Below, piece after piece: positions 26,367-39,860 of a stretch of DNA of 64,000 bases (its first letter is position 1; the number at the start of each line of letters is the position of its first letter). The notes under the pieces are model-generated. The model was not told the DNA's origin. It saw only the letters and a program-made list of their open reading frames with translations, and searched no databases. Made by a program: the position numbers and the translations under genes. Source of the DNA: Chiloscyllium plagiosum (Eukaryota); contig NC_057711.1 in NCBI RefSeq assembly GCF_004010195.1, positions 69,133,850 through 69,197,849 on the forward strand. The letters run 5' to 3'.

Positions 26367-27975
26367 TACTTGGGGTAGCTAAGAGTCAACACGTAGGCTG
26401 GACCATTTAAGGGTGGTGTATTTCCTTTGCTAAAGAACATTAGTGAGCCAAATGTGTTTTTATGACAATTTAGTAGCACATTTTTTATTCTATTTAATTT
26501 TATTTTACCATCTGCCTTGGTGGAATTTGAGCCTATGACCCCAGCACATTAACCCACTGTTCTGGATTACTAAATGAGTGACATTACCACTATACCACCA
26601 CCACCTCAATAGGTATGACTTCAACCAGCAACAAAGTTTTAATCCTGAATTACATTGTCTTTGGTCTTGCTAGGGCTCCCTGATACCACACTCGGTCAAA
26701 CAGTTCAATAAAACAAAGAACTGCAGATGCTGGAAATCTGAAACAGCAACAAAAATTGCTGGAGAATTTCAGCCATTCTGAAAAATGATCACTTGACCCA
26801 AAAAGCTAACGCTGCTTTCTCTCCACGGATACTGCCAGACTTGCTGAGTTTGATTGACCTGATTCATTGATTTCAAAGCACTTACCCTAACAATCCCCCT
26901 CTTGTTCATGTTTGGAACAAGGCTTTAATGAGGTCAGGAACTGAATAGGTCTGGTGGAACCCAACCGAACATCCATGAGCATACGTTGCTTAATAAGTAC
27001 TACTTGATAGCTCGCATACTGATCAATTCTCAGAAGGTACATTAAGAATGGTAAATTCTTGGGAATATCTTCAAAGTTTTACAAATGAAAATGTTCATCC
27101 TTTTCAATAAATGGGAAAATTATCTCATCTGTGAAAACATTCCAGGAAAGAATCTTTATTTTACTGGTTTTTGTTTCAAATTGATAAGTACATATTTAAT
27201 CATTTTAAATGTATGTATATGTGCTTTATTATCCAATACAATGATCATGTTTATAATGACAAAGGTGTCAACCAAGAGTGATGCTACTTGTCCATCTCAG
27301 TTTTAACTGCCATTTTCCAATTTGCATAAACCAATTGATAACTTCTACAAAACAATATGATTTATAAAGTAACATGTTTTGTAATATTTAGTTTCAGGGC
27401 TGATTTTTTTTAAAAGAAATGAATGTTATGAAAATGCAAGATGTTCTATAGTAGTTAAAGACAGTTCTATTTTAAATACATTTCTCCTCTTCCCAATACC
27501 TGAATGGAAACTGTTACTTAGGAACAGCATGAAGTGTTCTGTATAACCAGTTGTAAAAAGGTGAAAGTCACCATAGTCCCAGAGGACCGGACTGCTCTCT
27601 CATTAAAGAGTGATGGCTGGTGGTGAGTTTCGCTTGAGGGTCACCCCAGCTCAGGCGAGAGGTACAGTTCATGTGTGGGTCCTCCAGTATGGAAGTTAAA
27701 ACCCCGCAGTTGGTGTCACTCAGCATTGCAAACCAGCTATCCGTCCAACTGAACTAACCATCCCCCATCCAGTTGTAGTTCACACAATCAAATATTCTTT
27801 TAAGTTTCTTATTAATGAATTTCTCCCTGTCACTAACACTTCCAAAAGAGCCAAGTTGGAGACTAACGGTTCTGTTGTTAATTTTGTAGAGGAGGGAAAT
27901 GTGACTATAAGATGACTTTAAACCTGGTGTTATGAAGTAAATGTTTCAGTGAAAGTTTTTAACTTTTTTCCCCAG

Positions 27976-28699
27976 TTGCTGTAACTTCATTCAAAGAAGC
28001 GAGACAAAAAGCAAAAAGACAAAGATTGTGCAGTACGCCTCATTTACAAACTGAATCTTTGAAACAGACAAGTCCAGAAGAAAGTAAACTCGATGAAATG
28101 AATGAGATAAAAGAAGATGATAATGCCAGTGAGAGAATCAAAAACATAGCCTCCAAACCAGTGAGTGCGACTGTTAAAACATCTGACACTAAAGCTCTGC
28201 ATAATGACACAACCTCCGAAACCCCAGCTGCAGAAATAACATTGACTGGTCAACATAGTGAAGAGAGTAAGCCACAGGGAAAAATAAAAGCTTTCACTAA
28301 GTACGAAAATACCAAAGCTGTTGAAGTAAATGCCAGCGATCCGGATGTATCCACTGTTCCTGGTGTATCCCATCGTTCGGATGTATCCAGTGAAGACGAG
28401 AAGTATTTTGACGACAGCACAGAGGAGAGGTATTACAATCAAACATCTAGTGATGACAGTGGGGATGATGATTTCTTCATTGGAAAGGTGAAAAGGATAA
28501 GTAAAAAGAACCAAGAACTTGATCCAACTTTGGAAGCCAACACTCTGAAAGATGATGAAGAAATCATGCCAAATGTCATGAAGAAAGGGAAGAATGATCC
28601 CATGGGTTGTGATGGAAAGAACAACAACAGCCCAAAAACAACATTTGGTTCTTTGTTTTGTAACAACTTGTCTGATTCAAAGATTTTGAAACAGAAGAG
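27976..28699 (+). CDS. SRFBP1: SRFBP1 large acidic coding exon (724 bp)
   Basis: Acceptor ttttttccccag; VAVTSFKEARQK continues in frame into ORF 28026..28703 with KYFDDSTEERYYNQTSSDDSGDDDFFIGKVKR and FGSLFCNNLS motifs; donor AG|gtaaca (phase 2). Confidence 0.95.
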
Positions 28700-28804
28700 G
28701 TAACAGCCAGGTTTAATTATAGTTTAAAATTTGCATTGGAATTAAATTCTTATAATACAAAAAACAAAGCAAGATAAACTATTTCAAACCTCTTTCTTTT
28801 TTAG

Positions 28805-28839
28805 CAACTTCCAAGGAAATGTCAAGAAAAAGCAATCAG
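28805..28839 (+). CDS. SRFBP1: SRFBP1 small coding exon (35 bp)
   Basis: Acceptor ctctttcttttttag and donor CAG|gtcagt; encodes (S)NFQGNVKKKQS. It converts phase 2 to phase 1, as needed to join the last exon in frame. Confidence 0.85.
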
Positions 28840-30026
28840 GTCAGTCTGTTTTTTTTTAAATTGGGGCTTTTCTGTGATGATTTTGATTCTAGTCATAATC
28901 TCAATGTCTATTAATTTCCTTAGACACAAGATATACAATGATTTCAATCAACTGGGCATTCCTACCCATGTTTACAAAAGAATAAGCTAATTCGATTAGC
29001 CCAATCTTTTGCATCTTCTAACAGATCAGCTCTTCAATATTTTCAATTTTTTGAGTAGAGGCGATTAATCAAAGATTTCTAAAGATAGAAACTGAAAAGC
29101 CTCCATTCCTTTGAGGGTAAATGAGTGAAAGTCTTAATGCTATTCACTTGCAATGATTGATGCCGGAGTAGTTTTGTTCCTTCAAAATATTCCAGTGATC
29201 AGGGCCAGACAGTATGTAGGGCATATGAGGCCAAACATTTCAATGTTAGGTATCACGTTTTAAAAAATGATTTTTAAAATGTCACCATTAATACTAAGAA
29301 AGTAAATGTGTTTGCATTTATTTATTAATTGTTGCAGGGCAGGTGCAGAATAAGGAATCCTCTACTTTGCTTCAAACATGTGTTTTAATGATAAAACATT
29401 CCTATTACACAGATCTAGGTTTTTTTTCAGTATCTCAATGATTGGAGCCCTGCTGACAAACTATGAAATCATGATCACTAGAACCTAGGTTAAAATTTCC
29501 CAGCTCAGTCCATGCAAAACCTTCAAAAATTGTTTTGTTTGCCAGTTCTAACTCGTTCTGTTTGATCTAGTTGCTAATCCAGAGTTTAGAAATGATGTGC
29601 GAACTCACTGTACTACCCTCGACTGGGGGAGATGGTTTTATGAAGAATAGAACATTTGCATGGCCAGAAAGATCTTCAGGCATAATTTTTCATATTAAAA
29701 ATGTCCCACTCAATTTGATATCTCTGAAATGTTCTCCATTATCTATTACTGCTATTAAAGTTTGGATTTCTTGTATTCTGAGTGCTATAAAATTGTTTTT
29801 TTTTTATTTAGATGTGTAGAGTATCATCCTTTCCTGAAAAATGAAATGAATTCTATTTTATGTAATGCTACTAAAATTTAAATGTTGGTGCATTTAAAAT
29901 ATGTAACAGTATGGGAGTGTGATAGCATGTTGACCCAAAATCTCTTTTGTGGTATCTGTCATGTTGTATTGTAAATGTGTTCTGATTGCAACGTTTTGTA
30001 ATTCTTGTTGCTTTTTGCTTGCACAG

Positions 30027-30211
30027 ATGTTACACGAAGAAAGTCCCAAAATAAGATCCTGCCCTTTCGTGGGAGATCAAGTGGGAGGTCTAATGTTGTC
30101 TTTCCAAAGCCACAGCAATCACTTCATCCCTCTTGGGAAGCAAGCAAAAGGCAGAAAGAGCAGTCTAAGATCATTGCATTCCAGGGGAAAAAGATCAAAT
30201 TTGATGATTAG
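30027..30211 (+). CDS. SRFBP1: SRFBP1 terminal coding exon (BUD22-like C-terminus)
   Basis: Acceptor ctttttgcttgcacag; translates DVTRRK...[32 protein letters not shown], the hallmark SRFBP1/Bud22 C-terminus; TAG at 30209-30211. Confidence 0.96.
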
Positions 30212-30824
30212 TGTTTTAAAAAAGACATTCATTACATATTTTTGTATTCAAAAAGGTTTCACATAATGACATTTTTCACATAGATATGAAGCATCTGTCC
30301 TGTGTTTTTTATACCAAGAAGAATTGTAGAGTTCATTTTAATGCAGTTTATTTATCATTGCTTCTAAACTTGTGAAGTGCACTTCCTGAAAGGCAACACA
30401 TTTGAAATTCATTTTGGAACATTTACAAGATTTGTTAAATATTAAGTACAGGATGTGGGAAATGTTGTTTATGTACAATGTTTGGTTGAGGAGTATTTAC
30501 TATATGCAAATATAGAAAATATTGAAGTCTGGAACAGAACTAAGATTATTTCTAGTAGTGATAATTCAGTAAATATTCTCATTAGCATTTTGTTAATTAT
30601 TTAACTTTATGGTGGTCACTGTATTGTCACATTTGTAAGAACAGAACCTCATCTTGATTTCCTGCTTTACCTTTCGCAGATTGTTCCTGCAACAGGAAGA
30701 TCTTTTATTCTTCAAAACCTAAAGGCACCTTTTTTAGTTAAGCTTTCAGTGGTTAATGTCAGCAGGGAACTAGACAACTGCAAACTAGATCATGTTACTT
30801 GGGACTGTCTGAGTAGATTGTGCC

Positions 30825-30830
30825 AATAAA
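30825..30830 (+). terminator. Candidate SRFBP1 polyadenylation signal
   Basis: AATAAA about 0.6 kb after the stop in AT-rich, repeat-free sequence; a second AATAAA lies at 31224-31229. Confidence 0.55.
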
Positions 30831-32314
30831 TTATTATTTTGTTATAAACATTTTAATGGATTGCTGAGAAAAATTCATGGTTGATTATCAGACAAAAACA
30901 CAAGTCATGAGTACTGTCCTAAAAACTTTCTATCGAGAATTTCTTGTTTCCAAATGCAGATTAACCCTTAGGATGACAACAGTTCCAAAGAGTTTTCAAT
31001 TCCTCATGTCATGCCATGAACTAAGATGGGCAGAGTAGTAATTTATAGATTATTGAATGAATGACATCACATTAATGTAACTTAGAATATATTTGCTTCT
31101 AAAATTCTGGTGTTATGTGTGCATTACAGCCATGGCCAGAGAATCTTGTCTTTTGTTTTTGGTGTTTTGGATCACAATTCTGAGATATTGCTGACCTATT
31201 ATGTTTCTGACTATGGAATTCTGAATAAAAAATGTAACTCCCCTGTACAATGGATCTGTTGCTTTTGTTGGCATGGTTATATAACAGGATCCTCTGAGTG
31301 TTTCCACGCGGGAGATGTATGAGGGCATCACAAAGTGCAATGAACCAATTTCTGTTGCTTCTATTGCACACGGCATAGAAATGTCACATAATACAGTCCA
31401 GCGTGAAATGTGCTGTTGAGTGGTGTTATGGCCTTTGCAGTGTATCAAATCCTGTATAAGGTTAGCACCACTTAAAATTAACCCGAACTGTTTAAATGCA
31501 GGTTATAGTTTTGTTTTGTAGTTATTCATGCTGGGTCAGCATTCATTGACCATCCCTAGTTGCCCTTGAGAAGAGGGTGGTGAAGTGCAGCCTTGAACTA
31601 CTACAGTCTAATTGGTGTACAATTGGTGATAGGGAGGGAGGACCAGGATTTGGCTCCAGTGATACTGAAGGAGCAGTGATAAATTTACAAGGCAGGATGA
31701 TAAGTGGCTTGGTTGGGAACTTGGAGATGGTAGTGTTCCCACATACATCTTTGTTCTTTTAGATTTTAGTGGTAGCTATGTTTGGACCAACACGTTTAAG
31801 AAGTGTTGCTGAGCAGCCGATTCTACAAGTGGTTGATGCAGATTGTCCAGCGTGCAAGAAGACTGAATCATGGTGAAAGAAGGGAGACAGCAAGCACCAT
31901 TGTTCTCTGGTACTGCTCATAGAGATCCTGGTGGCAGTGGTGATAAACCAAGATACCACTGATGGTGAAAATCTGAAATGGAAACAGAAATTGCTGGACA
32001 ATCTCAGCAGGTCTGGCAGCATTTGTGGAAAGAAAGCAGAGCTAACATATTGAGTCCAGTGACCCTTTTTCAGAATGAACGAGATGTTAGTTACCTACAG
32101 AACATCCGACAGAAAACCTGGGAAGGCATGGGGACGAATTAGCCAGGTTGTCAAAACTAGCAACCTCATCTGTACAACTTTAATGCAGTCCTACAAGATG
32201 TTGAGTAATCTCTAAGAAGCAGTCAATAAATACAAACTTGTCCATAAATTACAAAAAGCTAGTGTGCATTTTCAGCAGATAATAGAAAAAGCAATTGGAA
32301 TTATACAGTACAGT

Positions 32315-33980
32315 ACAGTACAGAAGAAGCTCATCATCCCCATCAATTCGGCCCTGACAAAAGCTACCCTAAATTTGTACTGGTCTCACTTTCCAACACT
32401 TGGCCCATTGTCTTGAATGGTATGACTTTTCAAGTGCATAGCCAAGTAGTGAGGTTCTCTGCCTCTAAGGCAGTGTAATCTGGATTCCCACCACACTCCA
32501 GGTGAAAAAGATTTTTCTCAAATCCCCTGTAAATCTAAAAATTATGCTCACGTGATTGACCCTTCAACTAAGGGAAACAATTGCTTCCTACCCACCCTGT
32601 TCATGCCCCCTCATAATACTCGTCACCTCAATCAGGTCCTATCTCAGTCTTCTCTCCCCTAAAGAACGAACCTGAGCTTATCCAGCCTCTCTCCATCCCA
32701 GGCTCCATCCTGGTGAATCTCCTCTGCACCCCTTCCAGAGCAATCACGTCCTTCCAAACATGCGGTGCCAAGAACAGAACCAAAGATTTGTTCAGCTTCA
32801 ATATAATTTGCTTCCGCCCGTGATCTATGCCACATCTGACAAAGGAAAGTATCCCGTATGATGTCTTAACCACCATATTAGGCCACTACTCTTGCCTTCA
32901 GGGATTTGTGCACAAGCACCCCACAATCCGTCTGTTCCTCTGAACTTCCTAGTGTCCTGCCGTTCATTGAGTACACCTTTCTCGTTTTACTTCTTGCAAA
33001 GTGCATCACCTAACACTTATCAGGGCTAAAGACCATCTGCCACTGACCTGCCCATCTGATCATTCCATCTATATCCTCCTGTAATCTAAGACCTTCCTCC
33101 AAACTCTAAATCACTCAGCTAATATTTGTATCAGCTACAAACTTAATATTGCCCCTAAATTTTCTTCGACATTATTTAACTATATCACGAACGGTAAGGG
33201 AGCCAGCACTGATCCCTGTGGTAAACCACTGGATACTGATCTCCAGTCTCACCGCCTTCAACCCCCACCCCCTGTCTCCTCCCACTGAGCCAATTTTGGA
33301 TCCAACTTGCTACATTACCCTGGATCCCACGTGCTTCTTCAATTCCCCATGCAGGATCTTATCAAAGGCTTTGCTGAAATCCATATAAACTACATCAAGT
33401 ACTATATGTTCATCTACACACCTGGCCACCTCCTTAAAAATGGTCAATCAAATTTAGCATAATCTCCCTCCAACAGAGCTATGCTGACTATCATTGATCA
33501 AACCTTGCATCCCCAAGAAAAGACTAATTCCCTCCTTCAGAACTTTCTCCAGTAGTTGCCATACCACTGATTTGAGACATATTGGCTTGTAGTTCCCATC
33601 CTTTTTGAATCTCACTTTAGCTGCCCTCCAGTCCTCTGGCACCTCCCATTGCCCAGAGAGGAATTAACAATCTGTGTCACAGTCACTGTAATTACATCCA
33701 TCATCTCCCACAGCAACATGGGATACGACTCATCCAGACGTGGGAAATTGTTCACTTTTAAGACAGCTAAAAGCTCCTCACTCCATACATCAAACTGTTC
33801 GAGAACTTCCCAAATTTTTTACCTACATTTTCATTTCCAAAGTGAAGGCAGAAGTGAAATACTAATTTAAAACTGTCCAGCTCCACAGGCACATTGCCCC
33901 CTCGGTCCCGAATGGACTCTACTCTTTTCCTGGTTATCTTTGTCCCCTTGATCGACTTACAGACTATCAGGCTCTTTTTC
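32315..33980 (-). mobile_element. CR1 LINE ORF2 (degenerate)
   Basis: PEDWRAAKV..YKPICLKSVV..SQH and KDVIALEGVQRRFTRM motifs on the minus strand; tacag repeat tail at about 32304-32322. Confidence 0.85.
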
Positions 33981-34102
33981 TCTCTAATTTGACCTACCAG
34001 TGTTTCTTAGTGTTCCCTCTTTGCCCTCGTAATTGCTTTAAGATTCTTCCCTGCACTTTGTCTTTTTCACTAGGATTCTCCGGTGACTTGTTCCCTTTGA
34101 TC

Positions 34103-35123
34103 AAAGTTTGGGAGAAGATTTGTAGCTCGGGTGCTCGTTGTGGTTCTGTTCGCCGAGCTGGGAATTTGTGTTGCAGACGTTTCGTCCCCTGTCTAGGTGA
34201 CATCCTCAGTGCTTGGGAGTCTCCTGTGAAGCGCTTCTGTGATCTTTCCTCCGGCATTTATAGTGGCCTGTCTCTGCTGCTTCTGGTTGTCAGTTCCAGC
34301 TGTCCGCTGCAGTGGCTGGTATATTGCATCCAGGTCGATGTGCTTGTTGATTGAATCAGTGGATGAGTGCCATGCCTCTAGGAATTCCCTGGCTGTTCTC
34401 TGTTTAGTTTGTCCGATAATAGTAGTGTTGTCCCAGTCGAACTCATGTTGCTTGTCATCTGCGTGTGTGGCTACTAAGGTCGTGTTGTTTCGTGGCTAGT
34501 TGGTGTTCATGGATGCGGATCATTTGCTGTCTTCCTGTTTGTCTATTGTAGTGTTTTGTGCAGTCCTCACATGGGATTTTGTACCCGACATTGGTTTTGC
34601 TCATGCTGGGTATTGGATCCTTTGTCCTGGTGAGTTGTTGTCTGAGAGTGGCTGTTGGTTGTGTGCTGTTAGGAGTCCTAGTGGTCGCAGTGGTCTGGCT
34701 GTCAGTTCGGTCTTTTGTTTGTGTTGGGGTGGTTGCTTTCGTAGTTTAGGACTTGGTCTGTGTGTGTGGCTTTCCTGTATACCTTTGTGGTGAATTCTCC
34801 GTTCAATGTCCTCTGTACCATCACGTCTAGGAATGGGAGTTGGTTGTCCTTTTCTTCCTCTCTAGTGAATCGGATTCCTGTGAGTGTGGCGTTGATGATC
34901 CGGTGTGTGTTCTCTATTTCTGTGTTTTTAATGATTACAAAGGTGTCATCCACATATCTGACCCAGAGTTTGGGTTGAAGTTGTGGTAAGACTGTTTGAC
35001 CCCACCCCACAGCTCACCAATAGGATAAACAACACACTGAGGAACCTACAAAAAGAAACGGACAGATAATCATGTTTGACCTACTGAGAATGAAACCTGA
35101 AAGCAACAACACCCCCAGATTCT
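34103..35123 (-). mobile_element. Penelope-like element, family B (RT, GIY-YIG and pseudo-LTR) with an inverted 5' segment
   Basis: LWVRYVDDTFVII...QLPFLDV...KVYRKATHTDQVLNYESNHP (RT); KTNVGYKIPCEDCTKHY..QTGR...RIHEHQ (GIY-YIG); hammerhead at 34173-34212. Confidence 0.92.
34173..34212 (-). ncRNA. Minimal hammerhead ribozyme, intact core (family B)
   Basis: GCA-CTGAGGA-T-GTCACCT-agac-AGGGGAC-GAAAC-GTC-TGC: stem I GCA/TGC, stem II with one mismatch, GUC cleavage triplet. Confidence 0.8.
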
Positions 35124-35949
35124 TCTTTCTTCTTTCAAAACATTAGTGAATCTGTGGAATTCTTTACTACAGAGGGCTGTTGAGGCTGGCTCATTAACAA
35201 TCTATCTTTTCCTTGAATATGCTTAATCAGTAAGAAAATTGAGAGTTATGTGGAAAAGGCAGGAAGTGGAGTTAAGGATTATCGGATCAGCCATGATCTC
35301 ATTAAAGATGAGCAGGCAGTGGTCTGAATTGCCTAATAATGCTCCTGTATTTAATGATATAATTTAAATGCTGTATCCCAGCATTGGAATGACTCACTTT
35401 GAAAGCTTGCCAATGCACCACATCCCTTCATTCACCTACCCCAATCTCTATCAGTTATTATATAACCTATCATTCATAGCTTTAGCTCACTGCCATACAC
35501 TTAACACTGCTGAATGTTTCACACCTACATCTCTCAGCTTGCAGAATATACCAGCCATTAAACTGTGGTTAGAGACAGAAAAGACTGCAGATGCTGGAAT
35601 CCAAGGTAGACAAGCAGGAGGCTGAAGGAACACAGCAAGCCAGGCAGCTTCCGGAGGTGGAGAAGTCAACATTTAGAGTGCAACCCTGCTTCAGGACTGG
35701 GGGTGGGTGTGGGGGGAGTAGCTGCAGATAAATGGAAGGGGGGGTGCAGAGTAGTGAGGTGGGGATAGATGGAAACACGCATGTGGCTTGGACTGTTGTA
35801 GCCATAACATTTAAATGCATGTTACCATTATCACTGATGGACTTCGCTGTCTCTTGCACAACAAGGTGTATTACAACCAGAGACGACAACAGCATGGCAG
35901 GAGAGAGGTAGATGAGAAATTAAGTCGTGAATTGGAAATAATGTTTAAT

Positions 35950-36650
35950 AAACTTGGAATTTTTGGAAGATGTTGCTAACAAAATTGATGAAGCAGAGCT
36001 GATCGACATACTTTTGCTAAAGTCTCTCACAAGAGGCTAGTTAGAAAGATTAAAGCATATAGGATAGGAGGTAATATACTGTACTGGCATTGATTAATGA
36101 TTGGCTAACAGAATAGGAATAAATGGACAACTCTCACGTTAGCAGGCTGTGAATAGTAGTACCACAAGGATTGGTACTAGGGTCCCAACTATTCACCGTA
36201 TGTATCAATGATTTGAAAGTGGGGACCAAATATAATATTGCCAAATTTGCAGATCATACCAAGTTAAGTGGGAATGTTTGTTGTGAGGAAGCTGTAGAGC
36301 AGTTTCAGGAGAGATCGGTAAGAACATAGTAGATGGAATATAATGTGGTAAAAAGTGAGGTTATCCACTTTGGTAGGAGAATCAGATAATCAGAGTATTT
36401 CTCAAATGGTAGAGGGGTTCGAAATTTTGGATTTGTGGGGCAACCTAGGAGTCTTTGCTGGTAAGTCACTGAAGGCTAACATGCTGGTGCAGCAAGTTAT
36501 AAGGAAGATGAATGTTAGCCTTTATTGCAAGAGGATTTGAGCGCGGCAATAGCAAAATCTTGTTTCAGTTGTACAGGAGCTTGGTATGACTGTGTTTGGA
36601 GTGCTGCAGTTTGTTCTCTATCTTTATTATTGCCATAGAATGAGTGCAAC
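35950..36650 (+). mobile_element. CR1 LINE RT fragment (degenerate)
   Basis: PQGLVLGSQLFTVCINDL...IAKFADHTKL motifs. Confidence 0.8.
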
Positions 36651-38819
36651 AAAAATGAAAGAAATCTCTTCAGCCCTCCTTACCTTCTGAGATGTCTTTT
36701 CTGCATTAGTGGCAAATGTGGCAAATTTCACCTGCTACAGCCTGGAAGGAATTACTGCATAAAAATTCTTTGCTTGCAGTCGCCTTCATGGTGGTCACTA
36801 CGGCATGAGGTTGCAGTTCTGGCTACAACAGGGGCCAGATTAGTGAGCACCTTCCACTGAAACGGAAACATCTCACAAATATTCTTCCTCTCCTTGCCAC
36901 AGCACATCCCGTTCTTTGTTGCCTCTGCACATTATCCCTGTCACTTTGCATTCTCCTTGGTCAGCACCAAGTCCTCCATCACTGAATACACCACTCCTTG
37001 AAAATGTGACCAACTTAAATATGGCCCTCCAAATACTTCCACAAACTCTGCCAAAGCACCAAAATAAATCTGTGAGCGCTTCACCCGAAAATATTCACAT
37101 GATCCCCTTAAGTAGAGTTGGTGGACAGGGTGTCCTATCGGCTTGTGAACTCAATAATTACAGGAAATAGATAGCAAAATGAAATATATCGGAGTTTGAA
37201 CTTGATTTATTGTTGTCACCTACACTGAGATACAGTGAAGTGTTGTTTTGTGTGCTATACAGGCAGATCATACCGTACAAAGTGCATCAGGGCAGCTGAA
37301 CAGAGTGCAGAATTCAAAGTTAAACCCACAGAGAAGATGCAGAGAGAGATCAAAATTAACACTTTAGAAGTCTGTTCAAAAGTCATAATAACGGGAAAGA
37401 AGCTTCCTTGAATCTGTTCATACGTGTATTCAAACTTTAATATCTTCCAGCTGTAGGTGGACTGGTCCCATCGCCTCCCCACACAGGTCAGCATTGTGAT
37501 GTTTATGTTCTGGCCTACATAGACATTTCTTCAACTTACAGAAGGCCCATGGCCAGAAACATATGCCACAGATTTTTACAGCTGTGTTTGTTTCTCCGTT
37601 GCTACTCTTAAATTTAATAAGGCAGGTTCAGGGCCACTTGTATTTTGCAAAACCACATAATTTAGAATCAGTTCCCCAAAATAAACTATTTTTCTCAATA
37701 AAATAATAAAGCCAAAATACTATGAAGAACAGGAAGAGGCCATGGAACCTTTCAAACCTGCTGTGCTATTGAATGCCATCTTTACTACCTCCACTCTCCT
37801 TGCCTGCAAATTCTCCATATAGCTAAGACCCTGAGAAATTAAAATTCTCTCTTTCCCATCTTTGAATATCCTTGAGGATGTATCCATGACTCACTGAGGT
37901 AGAAGATCCTAGATTCACAGCCCTCTGTCTGAAATCATAAGCCTCCTTATTCTGAGACTGCTTCCTCCCATGTTTTAGATTTCCCCAGCGAGTGAAAATG
38001 CCCTTCCTTATCTAGCATTACTCAAAATACACAGGCATAGCAGGAAAATACACCCCCAAAATTGACCCTGGGGCACAACAGATCAAAGAAGATGCTCTCA
38101 TAAGTAGAGTAGACAGTATCAGTAAGGAAATGCTCTTCCATTCACAGGCTTGTTCCATTCTATCTTCTGCTGTTATGATAGTGGTAAATACTGAATATTG
38201 AATTTTACCGCCCAAATTCCAGTTGTTTATCTGAGGCTGTTTGTGGACTAAAAAGGTCTTTAAAAAAGTAAGAAACACACAAAAAACAAAAAGGCTGCAG
38301 TTATCACCTGACCACAAAATGAGGCAAGCTTCAGGGGATTCATAGAATAAACAAAGCCATGCATTGACATAAAGATTTTTATCGGAAGATTTCAAAATCA
38401 GGTAATTGAGTTGGTGTCAAGTAACAGGCATCTCCTCTGTAAGGACCATGTCATTATTTTTCTTTGTTTTGGATTGTAAGTCAAAATTCAAAAAGGGAGT
38501 GCTTCAAATCAAAGACTATGGAAGGAGTTGCTGCACTTTTGCAAATAAGTTACTGGAGCTCATTACAAGTTGTGTTTACACTGCTACTTTGTTCAAGCTG
38601 TGGGGCAACATATTTGAGACCCAATAGCACTGTAACTGTGTTCAGAAGCTCTATCCAGAGACAAATTCCTGATTGAGTTTTCAGTTGAGACTCGTTGTAG
38701 AGACCGGGGCCATCAGAATGATAGCAACTTTGATTGGTTCCTGAATAGTTTAACAGTTTTTCTGAGAACAATACAGAGGCAAAGGTCTACAAACTCTTTA
38801 AGATACAGCTTCTCTCCAT

Positions 38820-39860
38820 TCTCTCAGAAACTAAACAAGTAATGTGTCAATCCCCTGATGTCTTCAGCAAAGGATCGTAGAATTACAGAGTCCCTAGATT
38901 CTAGAAGAGAAGGGGGCCAACAACAATATGCCAGTTAGCTTGGTGTCAGTCTTGGTAGGTGTTAGATTCAGTCATTTAGGAGGTTGTAACTGGGCATCTG
39001 GAAAAACTCAAGGTAATTAGGAAAATCAATAAGCTTTATTAAAGATCATTCAAGGAATAACCTGTATTATGAATAAAAAGGAGCCTTTTGATGTACTTTC
39101 CAGAAGTCATTTGACAAGGTACCACGCAACAGGTTATTACACCAAGTTGGAACTCACGGGATAGGGGTGACATATTAGCATGGAATCCTGGGAAAAAAGC
39201 AGAGTATGCATGAATGGGTCTTTTTTTCAGATTGGGAGGATTTGTGGCATCCTGAGGGGTATGCGCTGAGTCCTCAACTTTTTATATCTACGACTGAGAT
39301 AACGGGAAGGAATGCTAAGGTGTCAATAGGTGTCAAAGTATATTATGAAAGCAACACAACAAAGATAGAGTCTGATAGATTAAATGAATGGGGGAAAAAA
39401 TCTGGCAGATGGAGTATAATGTGAGGAAATGTGAAGTTATTTATTTTGGCAGGAAGAATGCAAAAGGAAAGTATTATTGAAGAGGAGAATGAACGTAGAG
39501 TTCCAACATGCAGAAAGATTGACGTGTTCAAGTGCATGAGACACAACACGTTAGAATGCAAATACAGTAAGTGATTAAGAGGCTAATGGAATGTGATCTT
39601 CAATTGCAAGAGAAATTGAACAGAGAAGTTGTTAGGTTTCTGTTATATAGTGTACTGTGAGACCACATCTTGAATACTACATGGAGTTTTTTTGTCTCAT
39701 TATTTAAGAAATGCCATAATTACAGGGTGTGGGCGTCAGGGGCCACTGATTGATACTGAGAATGACTGATTATTTTTAATGAGGAAAGATTGGACAGGCT
39801 GGAATTTATAGAATGATTTGATTAGGTGATTCGATTGAAGTTTATAAGATCATGAAATGG
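38820..39860 (+). mobile_element. Old CR1 LINE RT fragment
   Basis: FQKSFDKVPRNRLL and tggcagatggagtataatgtg motifs; heavily decayed. Confidence 0.7.

Noticed and set aside
28044..28666. Antisense ORFs (156 and 75 aa)
   Set aside because: Shadows of the SRFBP1 coding exon.
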